Origin: Jimgerdemannia flammicorona
Taxonomy: Eukaryota
Assembly: GCA_003990765.1 (NCBI GenBank)
Contig: RBNJ01000178.1
Coordinates: 1 to 37,791 of the forward strand
Direction of reading: 5' to 3'
DNA: 37,791 bases
Each line of letters starts with the position of its first letter. Positions within the stretch are counted from its first letter, which is position 1. Both the position numbers and the translations under genes were made by a program. Positions 24,400 through 35,200 of this stretch are shown here, piece after piece. The notes below the pieces were generated by a model that was given only the letters and a program-made list of their open reading frames with translations, made no database searches and was not told where the DNA came from.

Positions 24400-27300
24400 A
24401 CTACTATAGAATAAATACAGAAAATATAACCTCCATCTGGCAGAAATCCTATAGAATACCCCATTATTTAAAAACATTCAAAATGGAACACATTCAAGAA
24501 CTCTTAGACAATGAAGTCATCTGACCCTCTGCTGGCCCTAGGGCAAGCCCTATACTTATTATACTAAAAAAAGGAGGAGGGAGACTCTGTATAAACTATA
24601 GGAAACTCAATTCAGTTATGGAAAAGGATACCTACTCTTTGCCCTGAATTGATGACCTTTTGGGCTATTTACAAGATGTCAGATACTCACAACATTTCTC
24701 CAGTAATATTCGAATTATACAAACTTCTCACAATATTTACAATATCATTTTTGAAGAATAGATATTAGGAATATGATAACCAATGAGTATTCTGATATGC
24801 TGGACAGGGCAGCTCTTGTGTATTTTACTGGCAGTATGTAGGGAGGAGTTATGGCTTGGGAGAAAGTATGTGAGACTTGCTGGCTAGAGGCTGTAGAAGG
24901 GGAGGGGGCAGGGCAGGGAGACAGGGAACTGGGAGGATGAGCTTTGCTGATAAGATGAAGGAGGGACAGCCATTGACAGGACTAGAGGGTTGGCTGAGAA
25001 AGGGCAAGGAGACAGTAAGAGCTACAGGGTCTGGTAGAGTGGCCCATAGTAGTGAGAACAGTATGACTGGGAGAGTAGTGGCTGGGGAGAGTGGGACTGC
25101 TGATGATAAGCAGACTGCCAATCTGAAAAAAAAACCAGATGTGATGGTTGATGGTGAATCTGGACAGAGGGGGGGGCATGAGTTCTGAGAATCAGTAGAT
25201 AGTATAATGGGTCTGGTGGCAGCACTATTACTCAAGAAATCCAGTTTGGAATTCACCATCACATTGTGTTTCTGGGGCTTAGCAGTAATGACAAGGATAA
25301 TTCTAGGGCTTCGAGCTTAGAAGGTGAGGAGCAGCCTTGGTGAAGTTTTTGAAGGATCTGGAAGAGATTGAGGTAGGCTTCAAGAAGGAGAAGAATCATG
25401 CTACTGGATATGGATCATAAACTAGTCACAAAGATACTAGTGGCTAGGCTATAAGGAGTGGCTTGGCAGGTTCTAGGGGCTGAGTATAGAGGATTTATAG
25501 GGAGATGTCTGATCAGAGATAGGACAGCCTGGGTGCATGGTATCATTGAGGAAGCTTATACTGCTAGGGTGGATAGATATGGCTTTTTTGAAATAAGAGA
25601 AGGCCTATGACAGGTCCAGCAAGTGTGGTTGAAAGGGGTGCTCAGGCATAAAGGGATCCCCCCTAGAGTTCAGCTGGTCTTAGTCAGTCTGCTGGAAGGG
25701 AGTTGAGTAGTAATTATAGTAAATAGGTACAGAGAAGTTTCATTCTCTCTGGGCAGAGGAGTGCTGCAAGGGGATCCACTGTTACTAATTCGTATATGTT
25801 GTCCCTGGAGTCTCTTTTGGATATAATACAGTTAAAGATGGGGGGGTTGGATATTCTGAGGATTAATTAGAAGGTGGGGGCCTTTGCTGATAATATTATA
25901 GTCAGGTTAGGGTCAGCAGAAGATGTGGTAGCATTGAAAGGTGCAGTAGAGTAGTACATATGAGGGGTGCTTGGGTGCTAAGTACAACTGGTATAAGTTT
26001 GAGACTTTAGTGTTAGGAGAAGGAATATTAGGTATAGATATAATTAGATCAATTATTCCTTCAGGAGAAGCTGTTTGATATCTGTAGATCTACTTTTCAG
26101 TATATGGCTTCTTGTTACCTCATGGCTGGTGAGAGCAGTGGCTGGCAGAGTGGGGGAGTACTCTCTCAGGGTGGGGTAATCTATATATATCTCTAGTAGA
26201 GAGGGTGATAGTGCTGAATGTCTACTGGTTATCTAAGCTATGATATCTGGAGAATGACTTAGACTTTCTGAGGTGGTCCAGAGATTGTTGAAGATGGCCA
26301 GGACCTGGATATGGGTAGGGTGAAGGAGTCAGATTGGCTGGAAGGTATTGATCATACTAGTGGACCAGAGAGGCCTGGGTCTGATGGATTTCTCTTAGTG
26401 TCTTCATTGCTTGAGAGCAGCAAGCTTGTATGTTGAGGAACAAAGAGTGGGTTCCTCTCATGCAGAGGATGTGGGAGGCCAAGTTCTCCTCCCATAGAGT
26501 GATTGGGCATCTAGTATCTCTGGTGGCTTTGAAGGAGAGTCAGAGGATACAATATAGGGGTTTCTGATAGGGAGTGGTTGATGGGGCTCACTATATTGAT
26601 CTTAAATGGTGGGGTAGTGAGGGGGAGGAGGAATGGGGACCTCAGATATAGAGGTGGGAATGCCTTCTGTTGGGTGGAGAGCCAGTAGTTAACTTCTGCT
26701 TAGAGGATGGTATGGAGTGCCTTCAGGAACCTGAGAGAGGTTCATGGTCTGAGGTGTAGAAGAGGATAGGGATTTAAGAAGAGTGGGACTAGAATGGCAT
26801 TTGATAGTAGGGCAAGAAGATAGTAAGATAGATTCCCCCAAAGTTCTGAGTGGTATAGCAGAGACTCTAATACTAATGTAATGTTAAACTACCAGTTGGA
26901 TCACTTCATAGAAAGAGGTATCCAGGAGTGTGAGGAGTGTCTGGATGTTAGATAAGAGAGAGGGGTGGTACAGACTTCTGAACATTGATTAGAGGAGTAT
27001 AAGGTGATGGGTGACCTTTGGAGGGCAATTGAGGTATAGCTGGGAGTGCACTCACTAGAGTTGTTGGTAGGAGAGAGGTGAGGTGACCTCTGGTGGAGGC
27101 TGGTGGGGGGGCTGAGAGATGAGTGGTTGATATTAGAATGGGTGTTGGCAATTTAGATCAGACTTGTTAAACATTGACTATATATATTTGAGGAAGATCA
27201 ACAGATGACATTACAGGTGATGGTTGCTAGATGGGAGTTGCTAATAATGCACCTGTTGAATGGGTAGTGGAGGGGGTGGAGTGATGGTAGAGAGTATCAG

Positions 27301-28495
27301 AGGTAACTGGTGGAGACAATCTGTAAGAAGAGTGGGAAGAGGATTGGGATAGTAAGGAGTTAGTAGTATTCCAAGTAGAACAGTGAGAGAAGGAGAGAGC
27401 TTCCAAGTGAGATTGGGTGAGGGGTTCAATGTTTGGTAATAAAAGTAGAAGTTCTTATAACTATAAAAAAAAAAAAAAAAAAAAAAAGATTTCTGATACT
27501 TCAGTAGTATGGAATTTTTTGTAGGATTTTACAAGATCCCCATAGACTGAAAGAACATTCAGAAAACAGTCATTCTTGCCCTAGAAAACTGTTTGAATAC
27601 CTCTGAATGCTCTTTGGACTTTACAATATACCTTCTACCTTCCAGAGAATGATGAACTCAGTCTATAGCCCACTGATCCACTACTCTCTGATTGTATATA
27701 TGGATGTTTCAAACATCTATTCAGCAAATTTTTGAGGAATATCTGTACTACCTAAAAGAATTGTTTAAGCTCACTCACAAGAATTACCTGAGACTTAATA
27801 CCAAGAAATATTACTTTGGAAAACAGAAACTTGAATTTTTGGGATTCATAGATTCAAATAAAAGAATCCATACAGAACTAAAGAAAACTGAGAAGATTAA
27901 TAATTGGCCAGTAAATAAGACCCTAAATAAAATACTGTCATTTCTGATACTAGTATCCTACTATAGAAGGTATATCAATAATTTTGTCCAAATTACTACC
28001 TCAATCTGAATTCTTCTTAAGAAAGAAGTATCTTATAAATAGATGAAATCATAAGAGAAAGCCTTCAAAGAACTCAAGCACCATATGACTACAGCACTAA
28101 TCCTTATTTGGCCCAATCTACAGAAGCAATTTATCTTATATATAGATGTCTTCAAAGATGGCCTCAGAGCAGTTCTAGCCCAAGAAGGACCTGACCAACA
28201 GTACTGTTTATTGGCTTATACAAGCTGAGCAATCAATCAGCAGCAAACCAACTATGATAGCACCAAACTGGAATACCTTGCAGTTATATGGGCAGTTACT
28301 CTGTTCAAGCATTACCTTATTAGAAAAAGGTTCACCCTAATAACTAACCATATAGCCCTCAAATAGCTATTCAATCAAAAAGAACCTGCCAGAATCCTAG
28401 CCTGCTAGATTCTTATCCTTTAGGATAAGAAAATCACTATCATTCACAAAGCAGAGAAAGCCCACAACAATGTTGATGTACTTTCCTACCAATCT
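24400..28495 (+). pseudogene. pol: gypsy reverse transcriptase + RNase H, split by LINE copy D
   Basis: ASPILII.KKGGGRLCINYRKLN..LP*IDDLL up to 24687. Resumes at ~27500 with YFSS..GFYKIP, MLFGLYNIPSTFQR and VYMD, then RH KLEYLAVIWAV..FKHYL. Confidence 0.9.
24688..27485 (+). mobile_element. LINE copy D: both termini present, ~3 kb internal deletion, poly(A), 15-bp TSD
   Basis: 5'UTR and ORF1 start, a jump to RT (IMLLDMDHKLVTK) at ~25393, and poly(A) at 27465-27487. TSD AAGATGTCAGATACT (24673-24687) / AAGATTTCTGATACT (27486-27500). Confidence 0.9.
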
Positions 28496-28539
28496 TAATG
28501 AACTAGAAGAAGGGTATACAGAGGAACTATATCCTACAG

Positions 28540-29610
28540 TTTAGACAACTTCTTTCTCTTGAACCATACCAGTCAAAGGTCTGGGTGGAAATTGAATCCC
28601 TATGGTGCAGAGGAAGGGGGGCTCTCAGACAATACAGACAACATGGGTAACATGGGTAACACAGGTGAGCAAGATGTGCAAGATGGACAAAACAGGTAAG
28701 ATGAGCAAGATGGGTAAGATAGTAAGATGACAAGATGAGTAACATGGGCAAGATGGGAAAGACAGGCAAGATGGGCAAGATGGGGCAAGATAGGTAAGAT
28801 GACAAGATGGCAAGATGGACAACATGGGCAAGATGGGCAGAAGGCAAGATAGGTGATATGGGCAAGATTGGCAAAATGAGCAAAACAGGCAAAACAGGCA
28901 ATATAGGCAACACAGGCAACATGGGCAACATGGGCAGGCAACATGGGTAACATGGGCAATATAGGCAATACAGACAACATGAGCAACATGGGCAATACAG
29001 GCAACATGGGCAATAAGGGCAATATGGGCAACATGGGTAACATAGACAACATGGGCAGGCAAGATGGGCAAGATAAGCAAGATGACAAGATGGCAAGATG
29101 GGCAACATGGGCAAGACAGGCAGACAGCAAGACAGACAATATAGGCAAGATGGGCAAAATGGGCAAAATGAGCAATACAGGTAACATGGGCAGCATGGGC
29201 AATATGGGCAACATGGGCAGACAAGACAGGCAAGATGGGCAAGATGGACAAGATGGGTAAGATGGGTAAGACAGGCAAGATAGGTAAGATGGGCAAGACA
29301 GATAAGATAGGTAAGATGGGTAAGACAGAAGGCACTAATCGGAGTAGGTCAGATATACTAGATGCCAAGTACTTGAGGTGGTTGGGGCTCACAACTCATA
29401 CCCACTCTTGGGTAGGGCAGGCTAGGTAGAAGGATCTAGTTACTTGAGCAGTGAGGTCACAACTCATACCCTAAAGGTGCAAGGCTGAGTGAGTGTAAAG
29501 GTGGGTTAAGATTGAGGTAGAATAGGACTACTGATGTTGTATGAGGACATGTGGCATGTTATAGATAGTTAATAAATGAGAAAAAAAAAAAAAGAGGAGG
29601 AGATAAGATG

Positions 29611-29680
<70 letters not shown>
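28540..29680 (+). mobile_element. Non-autonomous VNTR-containing polyadenylated retroposon with 15-bp TSD
   Basis: TSD AACTATATCCTACAG (28525-28539) / AACTATATCCTAAAG (29681-29695), AATAAA at 29571, and an A-rich tail at 29581-29682. Sits between gypsy RH and IN. Confidence 0.82.
28628..29330 (+). repeat. 9-bp minisatellite (GGCAAGATG / GGCAACATG units), ~700 bp
   Basis: Directly visible. Blocks of AAG-type and AAC-type units with occasional 4-bp GGCA slips. Confidence 0.95.
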
Positions 29681-29684
<4 letters not shown>

Positions 29685-29699
29685 ATATCCTAAAGAAAG

Positions 29700-30705
29700 C
29701 TCTCCAGACTATTAATATATAAGAAGATCTCATCTGAAAAGAACACCAGAAAGCCCACCAAGAATAGGCAAATATAAAAGAAAAGTTATGAACATACCAA
29801 TATTGGCCCAATCTCAGAATACAAGTCTGGGACATACTCAAGAAATATGACATATACCAGAAGTATCAAGGAGAGAAGAACCATCAAGCACCACTACAAC
29901 TAATCAAACCATCAGACAATATCTTTCAGAGATGGTAAGTAGATATAATTAGACCTCTACTAGTTACATCAAGAAGTAACAAGTATATTCTCATATTTAT
30001 AGAGTATCTGACTAAGTGGCCTGAAGCTTTTCCAATAGAAATCACAAATGCCTTGACCATTGTAGGTCTCCTCTATGGCCTCACACTCAGATATGGACTC
30101 TCAGAAGAACTCATCTATGATCAAGATACTGAATTGATCAATAATATAATTATAAGTTATATCTGAATTCACAAGATCCATCTTAAATAAACCATATAAT
30201 ACTAAACTCAGACCAATGGTATGACAGAACAAATGAACCAGACCATCAAGAAGGGACTTGCCTGAGTCTATTCTACCAACTGGGACCTCTGCTTACCTGA
30301 GATCCTATGGAAATTCAGAATACCCATACTGCTTCTATCAAACAAATGCCCTTCAAGATGATTTTTGCCAAGAAAATCAGAACTGTTGACAATGAGAACC
30401 TCAGAGACCTCTTCAAGAAGGCAAAACAGTTATATAATTAAGTATAAGTTCAGATTATCAAGGCTTAAGAGAGATAAAAGAAGTACTATAACCAGAAGTA
30501 GAAGGATCAGAAGATCAAGATTGGAGATCAAGTAATAGTTTGGAGAATTATAATTGAAACAAACTTTGTTGCCAAACTGGAGCCCAAATGGGAAGAACTT
30601 TAACTTATATATAATATCAGAGGAACCAGTATCTATTTAAGAAGTATGGATGGACAAACCCTGAGGATACCAGGATATATCAACTATCTCAAGATATACC
30701 TCTCT
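29700..30705 (+). pseudogene. gypsy integrase with GPY/F module, decayed
   Basis: VDIIRPL..NKYILIFIEYLTKWPEAFP, YDQDTEL, QTNGMTEQMNQTIK and KIGDQV..KLEPKWE. Confidence 0.88.
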
Positions 30706-31255
30706 CCATACCATAAACCAGACAATTGACCAGCATCTTCAGATCCTTATCAGGAGTTCATTCTAATCACTTCCAGTTCCCTTACCACAATTTTACCAAG
30801 TCAATGGAAATCCCATCTAATAAATCCAGACCCATTAGGAGAACCTCACCCTGGCCAGATATTTACTACAAGTCCACCAGCTATAGATCTACTATGCAAT
30901 TAGAGAACAGTTGCAGAACCTTCTAGCCCTAGATCTAACCTATATCAGGAACTCTACTGGTCTAACCTGGAAAAACACCTGTGATGCAGACAGTTTGTAT
31001 ACAATCTACAAATGAAACACCCCAGTACTCATACAGATACAGTTCTCCCTGAATGATATACTACAAATAAATCCTACCATCTATCTAAGTATCATCAATC
31101 ATATTGAAATTCTATTCTCAGAAGAATCTATTAAATAGAGTGACTCTAGTCCAAATAAAGACAATAGTTCAGGTATTAATGCAGAAAATGCTTATGTATA
31201 TTGGAATGATGACTAAAGGATAGTCTAAGAATAACCATTCTTTAGTAGTGGCTGA

Positions 31256-31594
31256 TGTGATAGGCAGTAGAATTGTACTGCCAATATCATAAATTTGCTA
31301 TATACTATATCTAGTATACTAAGCAACCAAGACTACTTTACTGTGCTAATCTATATAATAAGCTAGAGATATTAGAAACAGTATGTTTATCTATACCAGT
31401 CTAGTATACTGTATCATCCAGAAACACTTATCATAGATAGCAATCTATAATTAGCAATATAGTAATCAGGTAGCAATCACAACTATATTAAATACTCCAA
31501 AGTTAAGAGTGAATAAACCTCAGTCTGAAAAGTTGAAGTATAAACCAAAGTAAAAGCCATTAAAGATTGTGAGCATTGATACTCTTTTCCCAAC
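31256..31594 (+). repeat. 3' LTR of the gypsy element (first ~340 bp, interrupted by copia)
   Basis: TGTGATAGGCAGTAGAATT.. aligns with 18598 onward through AAGATTGTGAGCATT. Confidence 0.9.
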
Positions 31595-32240
31595 TATTGA
31601 AATATCTTAGTATCTTGATATGTGGTGGCAGTACTAATCTTCACCTATATCATCAATATAGATATCATCAAGAAGACATCATCATGGAATACATAAAAGC
31701 ATGTATTCAATAATCAATAATAAACTAGCTTGCTCTCTTCTACTCTCTTAACTGTTATCTATAATAAAGATTATGAGTCCCAATTAGCAGCTCTATATAT
31801 ACCTCTTATATATATGTTATATACTATCAACTAATACTAGTGGCAGAAGCACTGGAGGTAGTGCACCAGTTCTAAGTAGTTCAAGTGGAATGGAACCCAG
31901 AATGGGTACTGGTATAAGTATATCTATTACAATAATTATAACAATGACCATTTTGGTTGTGGTGGTGGCAATAATAGTAAAAAGGATGATTCCTGTCTTT
32001 GAAGATAAGGATTATGCCATATAGGCATACTATATGAAGAATCTACTTAAAGAATGTGGTTTGGAGGACTATAAGAAGCCATAGGTACAAATTATAACAT
32101 ATGATGGTACAAAGGATTACAAAGTACTAAGGGAGATTATATTCACTCTTTCAAATATGTAAATAAAGCTCATAATCAACACTACAACAGTGAAAAAGGC
32201 CTGGGAAATTTTATTTAATCACTATTAATAAGAATTTGCA
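31595..32240 (+). mobile_element. Ty1/copia 5' portion (LTR ~31595-31766, PBS, gag N-terminus), interrupted by LINE copy E
   Basis: TATTGA start (decayed TGTTGA). AGATTATGAGTCCC at 31768 resembles the copia GGTTATGAGCCC PBS. Gag IPVFEDKDYAI*AYYMKNLLKECGL..TTTVKKAWEIL. Confidence 0.75.
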
Positions 32241-32242
32241 TC

Positions 32243-35200
32243 CAACATACACTCCTCCTGATACATCTCACATTATACAAATATATATTATCTACTTTTA
32301 CACTGTTTTTTTAGAGAAATGTCTTAAGAATATGTCCTTAAATTGGAGTTCTATAGAGTATACTAAGCAGGGTAGCCCCAGTACATTCAGCTGGCAGCAT
32401 GTGGAGAGGGGTCAGAGAGTAGGGTTGGGGATGCTGAGCACCTTATCAGAAGGAAGGGGGGTCAGCAGTAGTAGAGGAAATATGGCACAGTCAGGAGGAA
32501 AGTAGATGAGCTTTGCTGAGAAGGTCAAGCAGTGGAGTCTGGTGGCTGGACTGGATGGATGGCTGCAGAGTGGCAAGGGGAAGGCTACTGCTGGAGGGCT
32601 GGGAGGAGCTCCCTTGGGGGTGTCAAGTGGAAGGGCTGGTGGTTTAGTAGTAGAGGGTATGACTGCTGATGGAGCAGTAACTGTTAATCTGAAAAAAAAT
32701 CCAGATGTGACTACTGATGGTGGGGCTTAGAAGATGGGGCCTGGGTGGATAGGAGATCTGACAGATGGTATAATAGTCCAGGTGGTGGTTCCATTAATCA
32801 AGAAGTTGATCTTAGAGTTCATGGTTACTTTGTGCTTCCAGGGCTTGATAGTAATAACAAAAATGGTTTTGGGGCTAATTGCTAAGCAGATGGAGGGTGC
32901 AGCACTGAAGGCTTGGCTAATTGTTAGAGAGATATATATTCTGATGACATGCTATATGATGTGGGACCCCAGGATGGTATAACTGCTGGTGAAAGGAGTA
33001 CCCATGGTGACTACTATAGAGATAAGGATGAGAGTTGAGAAAGTCATAGCTGAGTATAGAGAGGTGGTCATTATTGGATTTTAGGTCTGGGAAGAGGATA
33101 GAGAATATTGATGTCTGGATTTGGTTGGCTGAGAGGGAGGTCACTGAGAAGACTTATGATAGGCCATTAGTGATAGTGTGGGGGGCCTTTATGTGTAAGG
33201 TAATGAGAGTGAAGAGGAGTAAGGAGGATGAGAAGGATTTGTTGGATACATTAAAGGAGCTGAGTAGTGTGGTGGAGAGGAGGGTGAAGGCTTGGAAGGC
33301 ATATATGGAGTTGATATATTTGGAGGTAGTAGATGGGAAGTAGATCTGTGTTGATAAGAAGCTGTGAGAGGTCCTAAGGATGCAAGAGGTAGAGGGAGTT
33401 GCTGGTGAATCTGAAGGGAAAGGCAAAGACGGATACAGTGAAATTGAGGATACTGGAGGAGCCAAAGTGAGTATCTGGGCCAGCAAAGGTGGAAGGAATT
33501 TGAAGGAGGGTCCAGAAGTGGCCAGTGAGGTACCTAGTAAGAACCTATATATAGATGGTATGTTTGAGGTCTGGGAGGACACTCCTCCTCTTATCTGACA
33601 GAGTCCAGCCTCAAGGGGTCAGGTGGTAGAGGATGTGTATATGTGTAGTATCCAGAGTATACACTTTTGAGTTTCTGAGATAGTGAAAGGGAGACAGGTG
33701 GTGGCAGCTAGTGAGAATGAACTGGTGGATATCTCTGAGGAGGAGTAGGATGATACTGCAAGTATAGGAGCTGATACCTCAATACTGGGGAAGGAGAGAC
33801 TAAAAACTCCAGATGGAATAAAGGTGGGCAACCTTTAATAGATGTACAGGATGATGATAACTTGGCAGCTGAGGAGTTGGGAGAAGTGGACCTGAGAGTA
33901 CTTAGTGATGATCAATGGATATAAATCTTGTGTGATAATGGAGTAGTGGAGGTCCAGAAAGTGGAGGTACTTACAGTTTTCTTGGAAGAGAAAGGATATG
34001 AGATCAATAAGGTAAGGGAGGCAGAGCTGGCAGTTGTCACTATTGAGCAGGCTGCCCTCTGGTGGGTAGAGAGATATGAATTGTAGCTCTGCCAGGAGGC
34101 CTGCTTGGAGTATTATGAGGACTTTGAGAAAAAGGAAAATGGGGAACTTGCTGAACTACTGATTGGATTGAAAGCTAAGAAGGTTGAAGAGGAGGAGGTG
34201 GCTGCTGAACACAATTTGAACTTAATACAGAAGGAGATGAATGTGGAGCTGTAGAGGATGTGCTTGACACTTAATATTATTTCTTATAAATAGTACAACT
34301 AATATTTTTTCTTTGAATGTGAATGGGCTACAGAGTTCAGTTTGACATTGAAACATTTTTACTTGGCTGAAGGGATTGGAAGCTGATCTCTTTCTTTTGC
34401 AAGATATTAGATGTGAAGAGGACTTGAATAGGCTGAATTAGATGAAGGAATGGGGAGGTGAAGCTGTTTAGAAAGACAAGGTTAGGATTTTGATCAGGAG
34501 TGGCAAAGGGGAGATCTGAGATATGAGATGCTGGAGTGACCAGCTAGTTTGGAGAGAGTGGGTTCAACCAGGTTGGAAGCCCATAACATTTGATTCTTAC
34601 TACTGCCCTGCTATACAGAGTGGGTGAGTAGAGTGGGTAAGGAGACTTTAGAAAAGTGGGGCTCTTGCCAAGGCTGGAGTAGATATTCTTAGTAGAGACT
34701 TCAACATGGTCCAGGATGTGCTAGTGGATAGAACTGATAGAGAGCAGGGGGCTGGGGGCAGGAGAGGGGGTCTGGAGATATTGGAGAATGAAAAAAGGTT
34801 AAGCTCTCTGATAGATACTGATAGAGTGATCTTAGAAGACAAGAGGGTCTACATATACTGGACAAATAGACTGGAAACTAGGATTGACTGAGTGCTGATG
34901 GTAGACTGCTGGGGTTTGGGTGTTTGGAAGTTACTGGAGATAGTGTAGTGTCTGCAGTCTGATCATTGGAGATTATTGAGATGGGGTAATTTTTGGGAGA
35001 GTGGGGACAGACCAGGACATTAGTGCCTCAGCTCCTCTCTGCTAGTAGATGGGAGCTGTGAAATGAGATATTCAGTGGATGATTGGTAGTTGGATTGGTG
35101 AGAGCCTCTCTATAGATACTCATTGGAAGTGGTTGAAGAAGAAGACAAGAGTTTACTGGGAGGAGACTGGTCAGACTGCAGGAGGCCAGAGGAGTGATGG

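Larger units (their letters stand above)
18598..31594 (+). mobile_element. Ty3/gypsy LTR retrotransposon with dUTPase, carrying two nested retroposon insertions
   Basis: Paired LTR sequences, a PBS, and gag-PR-dUTPase-RT-RH-IN order, all decayed. Confidence 0.92.

Noticed and set aside
28628..29330. CRISPR array or telomeric repeat
   Set aside because: No unique spacers or cas genes. The array is internal to a TSD-flanked insert in eukaryotic transposon DNA.
28527..29429. Long Cys/Pro/Leu-rich minus ORFs and GNM/GKM plus ORFs
   Set aside because: They are open only because the 9-bp repeat lacks stops in several frames. Frame slips and no unique domain.
29525..29570. Hammerhead ribozyme (CTGATG..)
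   Set aside because: The core reads CTGATGT rather than CTGANGA, and there is no correctly placed GAAA.
31595..31766. Partner LTR of the copia 3' LTR at 17317-17444
   Set aside because: Wrong order for a single element and only weak similarity.
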